This document shows positions 50,715 through 63,188 of a stretch of DNA of 64,000 nucleotides, one piece after another. Origin of the DNA: Macrostomum lignano (taxonomy: Eukaryota); assembly GCA_002269645.1 (NCBI GenBank), contig NIVC01000085.1:620001-684000 (forward strand). Direction: 5' to 3'. Position 1 is the first letter of the stretch. Each line of letters begins with the position of its first letter. Below the pieces are notes generated by a model, which was not told where the DNA came from, did not search any database, and saw only the letters and a program-made list of their open reading frames with translations. The position numbers and the translations under genes were made by a program.

Positions 50715-53430
50715 TCCTTAGTGTCTTCCCCTCCCCCCCAGTGTCTCGCTCTCCCCCCCAGTGTCTCCCTCCCCCCCACCAGTGTCTCCCTTCTCCTCCC
50801 CCAGTGTCTCCCTTCTCCTCCCCCAGTGTCTCCCTCTCCTCCCCAGTGTCTCCTTCTCCTCCCCCAGTGTCTCCCTCTCCTCCTCAGTGTCTCCCTCTCC
50901 CCCCCAGTGTCTCCCTCTCCCCCCCAGTGTCTCCCTCTCCCCCAGAGTCTCCCTCTCCTCCCCCAGTGTCTCCCTCTCCTCCCCCAGTGTCTCCCTCTCG
51001 TCCCCCAGTGTCTCGCTTCTCCTCCTCAGTGTCTCCCTCTCCTCCCTCAGTGTCTCCCTCTCCTCCCTCAGTGTCTCCCTCTCCTCCCTCAGTGTCTCCC
51101 TCTCCTCCCTCAGTGTCTCCCTCTCCTCCCTCAGTGTCTCCCTCTCCTCCCTCAGTGTTTCCCTTCTCCTCCACCAGTGTCTCCCTTCTCCTCCCCCAGT
51201 GTCTCCCTCTCGTCCCCCAGTGTCTCGCTTCTCCTCCCCCAGTGTCTCCTTCTCCTCCCCCAGTGTCTCCTTCTCCTCCCTCAGTGTCTCCCTCTCCTCC
51301 CTCAGTGTCTCCCTCTCCTCCCTCAGTGTCTCCCTCTCCTCCCTCAGTGTCTCCCTCTCCTCCCTCAGTGTTTCCCTTCTCCTCCACCAGTGTCTCCCTT
51401 CTCCTCCCCCAGTGTCTCCCTTCTCCTCCCCCAGTGTCTCCCTCTCCTCCCCCAGTGTCTCCCTCTCCTCCCTCAGTGTCTCCCTCTCCCCCACCAGTGT
51501 CTCCCTTCTCCTCCCCCAGTGTCTCCCTCTCCTCCCCCAGTGTCTCCCTCTCCTCCCCCAGTGTCTCCCTCTCCTCCCCCAGTGTCTCCCTCTCCTCCCT
51601 CCGTGTCTCCCTCTCCTCCCTCCGTGTCTCCCTCTCCTCCCTCAGTGTCTCCCTCTCCTCCCTCAGTGTCTCCCTCTCCTCCCTCAGTGTCTCCCTCTCC
51701 TCCCTCAGTGTTTCCCTTCTCCTCCACCAGTGTCTCCCTTCTCCTCCCCCAGTGTCTCCCTCTCCTCCCCCAGTGTCTCCTTCTCCTCCCTCAGTGTCTC
51801 CCTCTCCTCCCTCAGTGTTTCCCTTCTCCTCCACCAGTGTCTCCCTTCTCCTCCCCCAGTGTCTCCCTTCTCCTCCACCAGTGTCTCCCTTCTCCTCCCC
51901 GAGTGTCTCCCTCTCCTCCCCCAGTGTCTCCTTCTCCTCCCCCAGTGTCTCCTTCTCCTCCCCCAGTGTCTCCCTCTCCTCCTCAGTGTCTCCCTCTCCT
52001 CCCTCAGTGTCTCCCTCTCCTCCCTCAGTGTCTCCCTCTCCTCCCCCAGTGTCTCCCTCTCCTCCCCCAGTGTCTCCCTCTCCTCCTCAGTGTCTCCCTC
52101 TCCTCCCTCAGTGTCTCCCTCTCCTCCCTCAGTGTCTCCCTCTCCTCCCTCAGTGTCTCCCTCTCCTCCCTCAGTGTCTCCCTCTCCTCCCTCAGTGTCT
52201 CCCTCTCCTCCCTCAGTGTCTCCCTCTCCCCCACCAGTGTCTCCCTTCTCCTCCCCCAGTGTCTCCTTTCTCCTCCCCCAGTGTCTCCCTCTCCTCCCCC
52301 AGTGTCTCCTTTCTCCTCCCCCAGTGTCTCCCTTCTCCTCCCCCAGTGTCTCCCTCTCCTCCCCCAGTGTCTCCCTCTCCTCCCTCAGTGTCTCCCTCTC
52401 CCCCACCAGTGTCTCCCTTCTCCTCCCCCAGTGTCTCCCTCTCCTCCCCCAGTGTCTCCCTCTCCTCCCCAGTGTCTCCCTCTCCTCCCCCAGTGTCTCC
52501 CTCTCCTCCCTCCGTGTCTCCCTCTCCTCCCTCCGTGTCTCCCTCTCCTCCCTCAGTGTCTCCCTCTCCTCCCTCAGTGTCTCCCTCTCCTCCCCCAGTG
52601 TCTCCCTCTCCTCCCTCAGTGTTTCCCTTCTCCTCCACCAGTGTCTCCCTTCTCCTCCCCCAGTGTCTCCCTCTCCTCCCCCAGTGTCTCCTTCTCCTCC
52701 CTCAGTGTCTCCCTCTCCTCCCTCAGTGTTTCCCTTCTCCTCCACCAGTGTCTCCCTTCTCCTCCCCCAGTGTCTCCCTTCTCCTCCACCAGTGTCTCCC
52801 TTCTCCTCCCCGAGTGTCTCCCTCTCCTCCCCCAGTGTCTCCTTCTCCTCCCCCAGTGTCTCCTTCTCCTCCCCCAGTGTCTCCCTCTCCTCCTCAGTGT
52901 CTCCCTCTCCTCCCTCAGTGTCTCCCTCTCCTCCCTCAGTGTCTCCCTCTCCTCCCCAGTGTCTCCCTCTCCTCCCCCAGTGTCTCCCTCTCCTCCTCAG
53001 TGTCTCCCTCTCCTCCCTCAGTGTCTCCCTCTCCTCCCTCAGTGTCTCCCTCTCCTCCCTCAGTGTCTCCCTCTCCCCCACCAGTGTCTCCCTTCTCCTC
53101 CCCAGTGTCTCCTTTCTCCTCCCCAGTGTCTCCCTCTCCTCCCCAGTGTCTCCTTCTCCTCCCCAGTGTCTCCCTCTCCTCCTCAGTGTCTCCCTCTCCT
53201 CCCTCAGTGTCTCCCTCTCCTCCCTCAGTGTCTCCCTCTCCTCCCCCAGTGTCTCCCTCTTCTCGCCCAGTGTCTCCCTCTCCTCCCCCAGTGTCTCCCT
53301 CTCCTCCCCCAGTGTCTCCCTCTCCTCCCTCAGTGTCTCCCTCTCCTCCCCCAGTGTCTCCCTCTCCTCCCCCAGTGTCTCCCTCTCCTCCCCCAGTGTC
53401 TCCCTCTCCTCCCTCAGTGTCTCCTTTTCC
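50715..53430. repeat. ~21-bp CT-rich minisatellite (CCCAGTGTCTCCCTCTCCTCC), >100 copies
   Basis: Direct inspection; produces spurious long ORFs. Confidence 0.97.
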
Positions 53431-54044
53431 TCTTCAGTTTTTGTCAGCAATCATGGATAAAAAGCAGATTCCGTGGTCTGCTACTGTCAGTAGAGTCGAA
53501 GAAACTCGCAGCCTGAAACAATCGCCACTGCAGTCTCATCCGGCATGCAGTTTCTGAATGAACATCCAGTGCGAACTTCAGCCGGCCATCCGGGATGCCA
53601 GGAGGCTGCTGCAGATCCCCCCAAGTTATTGCAATTTGCCTTTCTTGACTCCCCTCAGGCAGCAGAGATGCCGCGCACTGATAAGATGGAGCCGATCATC
53701 AGCCAAGGGCCACCACCGGAGCGGGACACGAAGCCCCTTCCCCTCTTCCTTCCTTTTGCCCCATCCAATTTCGTCACAAATCCTCTCCATCATTAGGAGG
53801 CTGGTAGGACGGATTTGCGAGCAGAAGAAGCCACGAGCTTCTGCCTGCATTGGTTTGGCTTTCTTAGGGCGAGCGGCTGATGCGGATTAGGCGGTCACCG
53901 GGAGTGGGGGCTGCCGCAGTTGTGAGCACAGGGTGTTGATTGGCCACCCCCGTGTGTTTGCTTGAGCTGAGTTGTGCAGCCCGTGCGGTATTTAGGGCTA
54001 AGTGCTGTCTGCCTTGTCTTGGCTGGTTTGGGACTCGCTTTGCT

Positions 54045-54178
54045 GCTGAGCTGAGTGCTGATGCTGGCTCTGATTGCTGCTGAGCTGAGTGCTGATGCTG
54101 GCTCTGATTGCTGCTGAGCTGAGTGCTGATGCTGGCTCTGATTGCTGCTGAGCTGAGTGCTGATGCTGGCTCTGATCC
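54045..54178. repeat. 34-bp tandem repeat x4
   Basis: GCTGAGCTGAGTGCTGATGCTGGCTCTGATTGCT. Confidence 0.9.
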
Positions 54179-54264
54179 CCAACTGTAGTTTGTCTGTTCT
54201 CACCTTGATGACGCTTTTCTGTGCCTCTGGTATTCTATTGCCCTTGTGTTTTCCTCCTTTCCCC

Positions 54265-54600
54265 TCATCTACTCTCCTCTCCTCTCCTCTCCCTTCATCT
54301 ACTCTCTAATCCGCTCTGCTCTCCTCTCCTCTCCTCTCCTCTCCTCTCCTCTCCTCTCCTCTCCCTTCATCTACTCTCTAATCCGCTCTGCTCTCCTCTC
54401 CTCTCCTCTCCTCTCCTCTCCCTTCATCTACTCTCTAATCCGCTCTGCTCTCCTCTCCTCTCCTCTCCTCTCCTCTCCCTTCATCTACTCTCTAATCCGT
54501 TCTGCTCTCCTCTCCTCTCCTCTCCTCTCCTCTCCTCTCCTCTCCCTTCATCTACTCTCTAATCCGCTCTGCTCTCCTCTCCTCTCCTCTCCTCTCCTCT
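54265..54600. repeat. composite (CTCTC)n / CCTTCATCTACTCTCTAATCCGCTCTG repeat
   Basis: Direct inspection. Confidence 0.92.
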
Positions 54601-55096
54601 CCCCTTCTTTACTCTCTTCTACTTTTTTCTCCTATTATTTTCTTTTTTCTCCCCTCGTCTTCTCTCTCCACAAAAACTTTATTATTAGATTCCAATAAGC
54701 AATTGTAATGCCGATAATTTATTAATTTAAAAAAAGTTTTCCGTTTGAACTGCGCTCGGACATCTTTCTCTTGATCTTTTTACAAATATAAAGCTACCCA
54801 ATTGTTTAATCATTTATGTGAACATCCTGCGAGCTGCAATAAACACGTGTGTAAGTACAGATGCATTCTATAATTGATCATGTTAACGGAAATAATTTTC
54901 AGTAAAATTGTAAGAGTATTATTATATAACAATTATGAACTTATTTCTAAGAATCGCTCAACGCCTTCTTGCCGGAGTTTGGACTTTGGCAAGTTATCCA
55001 GTAATTTCCTTAGATTTCCAGTTGTTGCCCAAAGATTTTGTATGACATCTCAAAGTCACTCAATCACGATCGTTGGAGCATCCATCGCAGCTGCCA

Positions 55097-55484
55097 TCAT
55101 GAGCGCTCATTGGCAGTTTGGCAGTAGAGCCTGCAGTCAGCTGGTGCCGCAGTCCTCGCTGACATGGCCGGAGACGCTGTGAATCTCAACTGACAAGCTG
55201 ATGTCGTAGCAGCCCCAGCAGGTGCACCAGCACCACCAGCTGCTGCAGCAGTCGATGTCGAAGAAGACGCTCCGTGCAGAAATGTCGGCGAATACGGCGG
55301 CGGAGGCATCAGGAAGATTGGCGACGTCACTTCGCTGCCAGGTGACAGAGTGCTGGAGCAGACGGTCGGGCTGAACCTCTGCCAGCGTGGCGAGTCGCAC
55401 AGGTGGCAGGGCCGCGACTCCTGCTGGTGCTGCAGGTGGCTTCGACTGCTCAGGCCTCCTCCAGTGAAGGCTGCGGCGAGGCAC
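55097..55484 (-). CDS. Ig-domain transmembrane gene, last exon (cytoplasmic tail, PPPPY motif)
   Basis: Acceptor CTTTTCAACTCCAG|G in phase 2 with the upstream donor; reads through MPPPPYSP to TGA at 55097. Confidence 0.62.
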
Positions 55485-55499
55485 CTGGAGTTGAAAAGA

Positions 55500-55735
55500 T
55501 AAAATCTGAAGGCTACGTACGGCGGCTGTTCAGTCCAAGGACTGGGGGGTCACCTCACACACCCTCAATTAGCCAAGCTAATGCTGGCACCCATTTTACA
55601 GCTGAGTGAACTGAAGCAATGCAGAGTTAAAGTGTGTCCTGCTCAAGGACACAAATTGTTCCGAGTTTGGTTGGGAATCGAACCCCCGATCTTCAAATCG
55701 GAAGTCTGACGCTCTAAACGTTAGGCTAAAACCCC
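55500..55735 (-). mobile_element. CORE-SINE (tRNA-derived head + CORE domain)
   Basis: Head TTAGCCTAA..GCGTCAGACTTCCGATTTGAAGATCGGGGGTTCGATTCCC, then TGTGTCCTTGAGCAGGACACACTTTAACTCT...TTCAGTTCACTCAGCTGTAAAATGGG, resembling the MIR CORE consensus. The 3' end is uncertain. Confidence 0.75.
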
Positions 55736-56127
55736 ATCTCCCTAGTACTCGTAGACTCAATAGATACTTAAAAGTTTCGTTCCAGAATTAACTCTGAACA
55801 AATTTATGAATAGATTACGAGTATTTTTAGATTACGAGACAATTCATTCCACTAGAAGTGTCACCCAGATATGAAAAATTCACTCCTATTGTGGTGTCTG
55901 ATATTTCTAAAGATTTCCCTCAAAATTCCGCTTGATATTCCTCGAGAATTCCCTGAATATAATTCCCAGAATTCCCCTTAAGATTGCCCCTCTGATATTT
56001 CCCCAGAATTCACCTCCCCCCTAAGATTCCTTCTCTGATATTTCTCGAGAATTCCCTTATGATTCTGTGTTGAATTCCTCCAGCATTCCCCATCAAAGCC
56101 GCACGCAGCTCACTCTGCACTGCTCAC

Positions 56128-56877
56128 CCGGGCGCCTGCTGCTGCAGCAGAGGTGTACTCGGGTACGACCTGCCCTGCTCCGGCGGCAGGTAGCAGCCAC
56201 CGGCTGAAGCCGCAGTGAACGCAGCCGAAGCCGCCGCTAGCTGCTCATCGTTATTCCGTCCACCGGTGCAGCTCCCCGACTTTGACGCCGAAGCCGCTGA
56301 CGAACTTCGCCGAGAGCCGCCGTTAGCGTAGCGTCGTTTCAGACGCAGCGCGTAGCAGGCGGCGCAGAGCAGCAGCCCGAAGGAGGCGAAGCAGGCGACG
56401 CAGACGCCCAGGACGAGGCGACGCCATGCCGGTCGGAGAAACTCGGCGAAGCTCATCTCGCTGTCGTCGGCAGATGGTTTCCGTGTCGTCTTAGGCGGCT
56501 CTGCTAGCTGCGGTGGCGGTGGCAGCCAGTTGAAGTTGTCGTCGCCTTCATTGTTGCGCTTTCTCAGCTGCGGGCGGTCCGCTTCCGAGCTGCCGTCAAA
56601 CTTGACGCGCTCTCGAATCGGCAGCGGACGGACCTTCAACCTGACGCTTGCAGTCACCACTCCGGAGGCGTTCGCAGAGGAGAACCGAGAGCTGGGGCCT
56701 CGATGACTTCGCAGCAGGTCCGCAGAGCAGGTGTACAAGCCAGCCATCTCCTGGCGCACATCAGCCAGCTTCAGGCTGACCACATGGTAACTGTTGCGCT
56801 CGAAGAAATCCCTGAGAGACAGCTGGCGCCGATGCTGACGCCCGCCCGTCTCTGAGAAGCCGTCCAGACGGTCTTCG
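56128..56877 (-). CDS. Ig-domain transmembrane gene, middle exon (Ig C-terminal half, linker, TM helix)
   Basis: SLKLADVRQEMAGLYTCSA (E/F strands), TM LVLGVCVACFASFGLLLCAACYAL followed by RLKRR; acceptor CTCCGCAG|C, donor GG|GTGAG. Confidence 0.78.
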
Positions 56878-56984
56878 CTGCGGAGATGAAGGATGGATTT
56901 TGATGAATGAGCAGCTGAGGCAGAACTTCCACTTTGACAATTTGAGGGCGCTTAAAAGGTAGATACTTTCAAAAAAGCACCGTT

Positions 56985-57680
56985 GTGGCGCCAAAAAGGG
57001 ACTATTGGGGGGGGGCAAAAAGACACTATGATGTGGCGCCAAAACGACACTATGATGTGGCGGCAAAAAGACACTATGATGTGGCGCCAAAACGACACTA
57101 TGATGTGGCGCCAAAAAGACACTATGATGTGGCGGCAAAAAGACACTATGATGTGGCGCCAAAACGACACTATGATGTGGCGCCAAAACGACACTATGAT
57201 GTGGCGCCAAAAAGACACAATTAGGGGAGGCGCCAAAAAGACACAATTAGGGGAGGCGCCAAAAAGACACTATTAGGGAGGGCGCCAAAAAGACACTATG
57301 ATGTGGCGCCAAAACGACACTATGATGTGGCGCCAAAAAGACACTATGATGTGGCGCCATAAAGACACTATGATGTGGCGCCAAAAAGACACTATGATGT
57401 GGCGGCAAAAAGACACTATGATGTGGCGGCAAAAAGACACTATGATGTGGCGCCAAAACGACACTATGATGTGACGCCAAAACGACACTATGATGTGGCG
57501 CCAAAACGACACTATGATGTGGCGCCAAAACGACACTATGATGTGGCGCCAAAACGACACTATGATGTGGCGCCAAAAAGACACAATTAGGGGAGGCGCC
57601 AAAAAGACACAATTAGGGGAGGCGCCAAAAAGACACAATTAGGGGAGGCGCCAAAACGACACTATGATGTGGCGCCAAAG
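56985..57680. repeat. 27-bp tandem array (GGCGCCAAAAAGACACTATGATGT-like) with ~25-bp variant units
   Basis: Direct inspection. Confidence 0.95.
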
Positions 57681-58781
57681 AGAAACTATTAAGCTATTAT
57701 TACTACTTTACAATGGCCAATCCGTTATCCACGCCAAGCGGTGACTCAGCGACAAAAATCTCTCTGCCAATTCAATCGTCATGTTTTTTCAAGTTATTCC
57801 GCAGCTGGCGTGATTGACGATGAAGGGGGGGGGGTTGCTTTCGGCCAATCATTCACTGCCTAAGCTGCATTCTGCAGTTGCCTTCTGCCTCAGCCGCTTT
57901 GACACAAAATCAATGATGCGCGCTTTTCTACAGAAAGAAGAAAAACCAACAATTTCTGATTGGAAATTGATGGGCTGAAAGAGCCGCGGCAAGTTACTGA
58001 TTTCTGACCGCGCTCTCCCGCTTCGGGCTCTGCTTTAAGGACTTTTTTGTACGATTTTGGTTCTCCGCTGTCTCATTAATTACACCTCATCTCACCTCTC
58101 TCCCTCTTGATCCTCTCTCGCTCTCTCTCTCTCCATCCGTACCCTCTTTCATCCTCCCTGCCGTCTCACCCTCTCTCCCCCTGTCTCTCCTTCTCTCCCC
58201 CATGTTCCCTTCTCCCACCTTCTCTCCCCCTCTCCGTATTTCTTCTCTCGTTTCGTCTCATATTCCCTCATATTTTCAGTTCAATCTCCATGCAAGTACA
58301 AGCGTGTATGTATTTGTATCAAGATTTAGAGATGCTACTAAACGTCGATTTTCTCAACATATCGGTATCCATTTTTGTACATCAGTTTCAAGCATAAAGG
58401 TGTACGCAAGCGACTAGGGTTCTATGTAGTTTTAAGTGTACTTTTAAAGTAGAAGCTCGTGAAGTCCTCGTTTTAAAACAGTCTAAAAGCCCAAAATGGG
58501 GTCAGCGGAAAGTTTCTTAAAGTCCATTGCTTTCGCACCGAAGCACAGCCGACTAAGGAATTCGGCAAACATTCAGCTAGCAACAACCAAAGCTTTAGTT
58601 ATACAAGCGTAACATTGTTAAATCCACTGTGGCTCCCATACCAATGAATGACTGTCGGAATAGCTGATCCTTGCATGTTTGCATTGGAAAGTTTTGCTTT
58701 TTTAGGTTTTGGGGAAGAAATTCCCCTTTGAACAACTGGGACTGATTTTTAATGCAATTGAAACAGTTATATAGTTTAGAC

Positions 58782-59560
58782 TGGGGAGAGACAGGAGACA
58801 GACAGGAGATAGACAGGAGACAGACAGGAGACAGACAGGAGACAGACAGGAGACAGACAGGAGACAGACAGGAGATAGACAGGAGATAGACAGGAGACAG
58901 ACAGGAGACAGACAGGAGACAGACAGGAGACAGACAGGAGATAGACAGGAGACAGACAGGAGACAGACAGGAAACATACAGGAGACAGACAGGAGACAGA
59001 CAGGAGACAGACAGGAGACAGACAGGAGACAGACAGGAGACAGACAGGAGACAGACAGGAGATAGACAGGAGACAGACAGGAGACAGACAGGAAACATAC
59101 AGGAGACAGACAGGAGACAGACAGGAGATAGACAGGAGACAGAAAGGAGACAGACAGGAGACAGACAGGAGACAGACAGGAGATAGACACGAGACAGAGA
59201 GGAGACAGACAGAAGACAGACAGGAGACAGACAGGAGACAGAGAGGAGACAGACAGGAGACAGACAGGAGAGAGACAAGAGACAGACAGGAGACAGACAG
59301 GAGACAGACAGGAGATAGACAGGAGACAGACAGGAGACAGAGAGGAGACAGACAGGAGATAGACAGGAGACAAACAGGAGACAGACAGGAGAAAGGCAGG
59401 AGACAGACAGGAAACAGACAGAAGACAGGCAGGAGACAGAGAGGAGACAGACAGGAGACAGACAGAAGACAGACAGAAGACAGACATGAGACAGACAGAA
59501 GACAGACAGGAGACAGACAGGAGACAGAGAGGAGACAGACAGAAGAAAGACAGGACAGAG
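58782..59560. repeat. 12-bp tandem repeat (GACAGGAGACAG-like)
   Basis: Direct inspection. Confidence 0.96.
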
Positions 59561-60420
59561 CAGATAAAACGCACAGTGATATTTAATAGGATCCATGCTA
59601 TGTCTAATTTTAGGCAATTCAAAAGCAGTGCTGGTTCGTCATCATACCAGATAAGACGCATTGGGGAGTCCCTGCCCAGATTTCATCCAGCAATGTAAGA
59701 CGGCGATTATATTCCTAATTTCCTTTTTTTAACCCGCGACCCCCGTCCTAGGGCGCAGTTCCTGCAGTAGCTGATCCCCACCAGAGTCAATATCCGATAC
59801 TTGGCCTCGCAGCGAGAGTCACGTGACCCGCAAGGCCCCCCAGCTTTGCCCACTTATAGCCCCTGCCTCCAGCCAGAAAGGCACTGCATCAGCAGCAGCT
59901 AGGAATTGGGATTTTCTCCGCTTTCACCACAGTTCGGTTTCGAGTGCGGGTTTTTTTCTTGGGGGGGGGGGAACGGATCCCCGCGGCAGCTACGATGAAG
60001 AAAATCGTCCCTGCAGACTCCAGATGGGGTATCTCCAGTCTGAACTTGAAGGGATATTGCTGCTTTGGATTTTAGGGAGCTTCGCAGTGAGTGGGGGGTT
60101 TTGGATGTTGTAAAGATTTTACCGAATGATCTGCATTGTTTGTTTATGCAGCGGTGCCCGCGGATTTTTGCTGTATTTTTCTTTCTTAGAAATTAGAAGG
60201 TTGGAAATTTCTGCAGGTTCAGCGTACTGCGTTGAATTTTGACTGTTTTTTATAGTCTAGGCCGTAAAAATGGGCAGCAATGCACTGGTACCCCAAATTG
60301 GCGAAGATTTAGATGCTTTTTAGTGCATTTTTTTACAATTTTACAGGTTTACAATCATATTCATTATAGGGGCAGAGCAGACTCCCCTGAGCAGTCACAC
60401 AAGCGCGCGCAAGCGACCCG

Positions 60421-60592
60421 AACTATATTTATCGTTAGCCTGCATGTACACTTTACTGTGCCTTGGGGGTTGGGCCCTCAAGGGCGTTAATTGCACGAGC
60501 CGAGATTCAAATCTAGCTCCAAATTAATGTCACTGCATTTTAAATCGAGCTGGGGCCGCTGGCACATCAGATCGCCGCGCCAGACCACTCCA
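60421..60592 (-). mobile_element. tRNA-derived SINE (family A), minus-strand copy
   Basis: Reverse complement AGTGGTCTGGCGCGGCG..TGTGCCAGC..GCTCGATT..CATTAATTTGG..CCCAACCCCCAAGGC..TAACGATAAA matches 42015-42190. Confidence 0.8.
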
Positions 60593-60750
60593 GGGGTAGA
60601 ACACTCTCACACTACGACCCCTGGTTCGATTCCGTGCAAGGTCACATTCATTTGGAGCTTCTGTCCACGAAACTTCTGTGCACGCAATTCACATCCATGA
60701 GGGCCAACCCCCAAGGCCCAGAAAGTGAATATGCCTAACGATTGTATTTT
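60593..60750 (+). mobile_element. tRNA-derived SINE (family A-related), plus-strand copy abutting the previous one
   Basis: B box GGTTCGATTCC, then CACATTCATTTGGAGC..GGCCAACCCCCAAGGC..ATGCCTAACGAT. Confidence 0.65.
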
Positions 60751-61049
60751 CTCAGGAATCAGCGAAATCGCCTCAGCGTTGACTGACTGTGAGACGATGT
60801 CGCCGATGGCTTTTTAGTGTCTGTGGAGGATTTTTTTACCTGACGTTCAACCTACTTTCTCCATGGCGAAGCCATCAGATAAGGCCAGCAGAATCTGAGC
60901 CATGGAATGGTCGGAAATGTACTCAGTGACATGAAAACTGCCACTCCAAATACATAGTCGGAAAGCCTAACGTCGTTTGAGCTGAAGTCAATCGTACTGG
61001 TGGCGGTTTTCGACGTTGCAAGATTTGAGAGGCCTCGAAGTTGAGGATT

Positions 61050-61480
61050 GAGGTGGAGACGTGCATTTTCTGTACCGCGACGAAGCTTCTGCATCCTCGC
61101 CGAAACTTCCAGGGCTGTGGCCCAGATAGACCTTGGTCCCGGCTACACATCGGCTACGTCGGACCAGTAGCTGGCGAGATGCTGCTGGTGGTGGTCGACG
61201 CCAAGTCCAAATAACTATACGTGTCGGATAACAGGTCCGATTTAATGAGCAAAGAGAATTTCGAAATTCCTGCGTAAAATGGTATCCAGCAGTTTAGGGT
61301 GGCACCTTATCATCCAGCCGAGCGAGCTGTTCAGATGGACGCTAAAGCGGCCCTTGGGAACGCAGTGCGATGGATCTTTCAAGGAAAAAAGGAGAAAGTG
61401 CAGCATGGATTTTTTCTCAGCTATCGCGTCACGCCGCATGCAATCACGCACGGCAAGGCCCGGTTCTAGACGAACGAGCC
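61050..61480 (+). pseudogene. degenerate Ty3/Gypsy integrase fragment
   Basis: VETCIFC, PWSRLHIGYVGPVAGEMLLVVVDAKSK*, NGIQQFRVAPYHP-AERAVQ. Confidence 0.8.
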
Positions 61481-62599
61481 TGTTGACATGGTCCTTGCCA
61501 GAGACTTCGGTCGATGGAAGCTAGCTAGAGTAGTCAGTGTTGCTGACTCTGCATCCAATACCTCTCCAGATTAATGAATGACGATCGGGCAGTTCGACGA
61601 AATGTTGGACCACGTCCTCGAAGGTCCTCAGCAGCGGCCTATCCGGCTCTAGTCGTCAACAACCTGATAGATTCCAAGGCTGAGGAGGCTGCCGAGTCTT
61701 CGAACCGGTGATTCGCTTGAGTCCAACCGCGACAGAAGGTCCTGAGGTGCAGGTGACTCGCTGCACAGGTCATTGATGATGCGCCGACAGACTGACCGAT
61801 TGACCGTAATGTTGACTGTGATAAAACTGATTGTTTTTTAGACGAAATGGACTGTAGTTTACTTAGTTCCCTTACACTTAATCGTATTTTTTGCGCTAAT
61901 GATGTTTTTAAGCCCCAGTTTTTGTGGTTTAATTTCTTTTTTGTTCGATTTTTGTCGAGAAATTCAACACACGAAAGTCTTTCGATTTTCGTACCTGAAG
62001 TCGTTTTGCTTATTTTTCTTTCTTTGAAGTGTTTCGTTACAATATTATTTGTCACTATAGTTGTACCAGCTACTAAAATACCTCCAAAATGGAGCTGATA
62101 CGTTTAATATTGTTACTAATACAGACCCCTATTATTATTACCTATACTATTATAATTGCATTTATTTTTAGCTTCTGATCATATTTCATTGTGTCCAGTC
62201 ATGTCCTATATCCTATTGTATGATACTTCAACGAAACCACAAAAAATAATTTATTCTTAGAAGCATTTCTCAATATATCGACAGCAATTCGATCAACGTA
62301 AGAATCGCATTTTGTAAAGTGCGCATGCGCTTGAAGTGCCACTGGCAGCCGCGCAAAGGGACACGCAAGAAAGCAATTTTGCAGCTGGGCTGAATTGATC
62401 CGCAGTGTCTGGTTATCAGAACACAGGACGACTGAGCCTGCCTCTGATTGAATCTGGGATATCATAACTGTAATTAATTGAATCTCCTTTATACACACTG
62501 CTGGAGCGTCAGCTTCATCCAGAGAAGCTGGGATAACGAAACTAGCCCAGTTTATAGAAATTCGGGTAGAATGGATGTGCTTTTTCGCGATTTCCCCTA

Positions 62600-63022
62600 T
62601 TCCATTACACTACACAACTCTACTCTACTCTAATCAGATCTAGTCTACCCTACTCTACTCTATTCCACCCTAATTTACCCTAATCTACTCTACCCTACCC
62701 TACCCAACATTACGCTAGCCTAATCTACTCTACCCTACTCTACCCAATCTTACCCTACCCTAATCTACTCTACCCTACCTTATTCTACTCCACCCTATGA
62801 GCGTATTCGATTCTACACAATTCTACACTACTGCACCCTACTGTATTCTATTCTACTTTACTATAATCTACTCCACTCTACTCTACTTTACTTTAATCTA
62901 CTCTACTCTACTCTACTCTACTCTACTATACTCTAATCTAATCTACTCTACTCTACTCTACTCTACTCTACTCTACTCTACTCTACTCTACTCTACTCTA
63001 CTCTACTCTACTCTACTCTACT
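62600..63022. repeat. (CTACT)n-type simple repeat
   Basis: Direct inspection. Confidence 0.92.
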
Positions 63023-63188
63023 CCTCACAAACCATTCCAGATTTTAAAGCCACAACTTATCTTGACTAGATGGTATCTCCTGTTTTGTATCATTAAACCA
63101 GTGTCTGATTCAACGCCAGATTGCCAGAATCAATTCCATTCGAATCAAATTTCAATTTCAATTCAGCCGTGCAAATTAATTCCCTCAC

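Noticed and set aside
50489-53557. Very long ORFs (up to 1022 aa) on both strands
   Set aside because: They are translations of the 21-bp minisatellite, which lacks stop codons; no domain content.
53540-54010. Possible degenerate YR C-terminus and terminal repeat
   Set aside because: Only a vague resemblance; no catalytic motif could be read.
56761-59698. ORFs over the 27-bp and 12-bp arrays (HHSVVLAP, APKRHYDV, LSPVCLLS repeats)
   Set aside because: Artefacts of tandem repeats within an intron.
59750-59900. Possible extra Ig exon (VTL-RCEA-like) on the minus strand
   Set aside because: It needs a frameshift and has an upstream in-frame stop; the flanking exons already join in phase without it.
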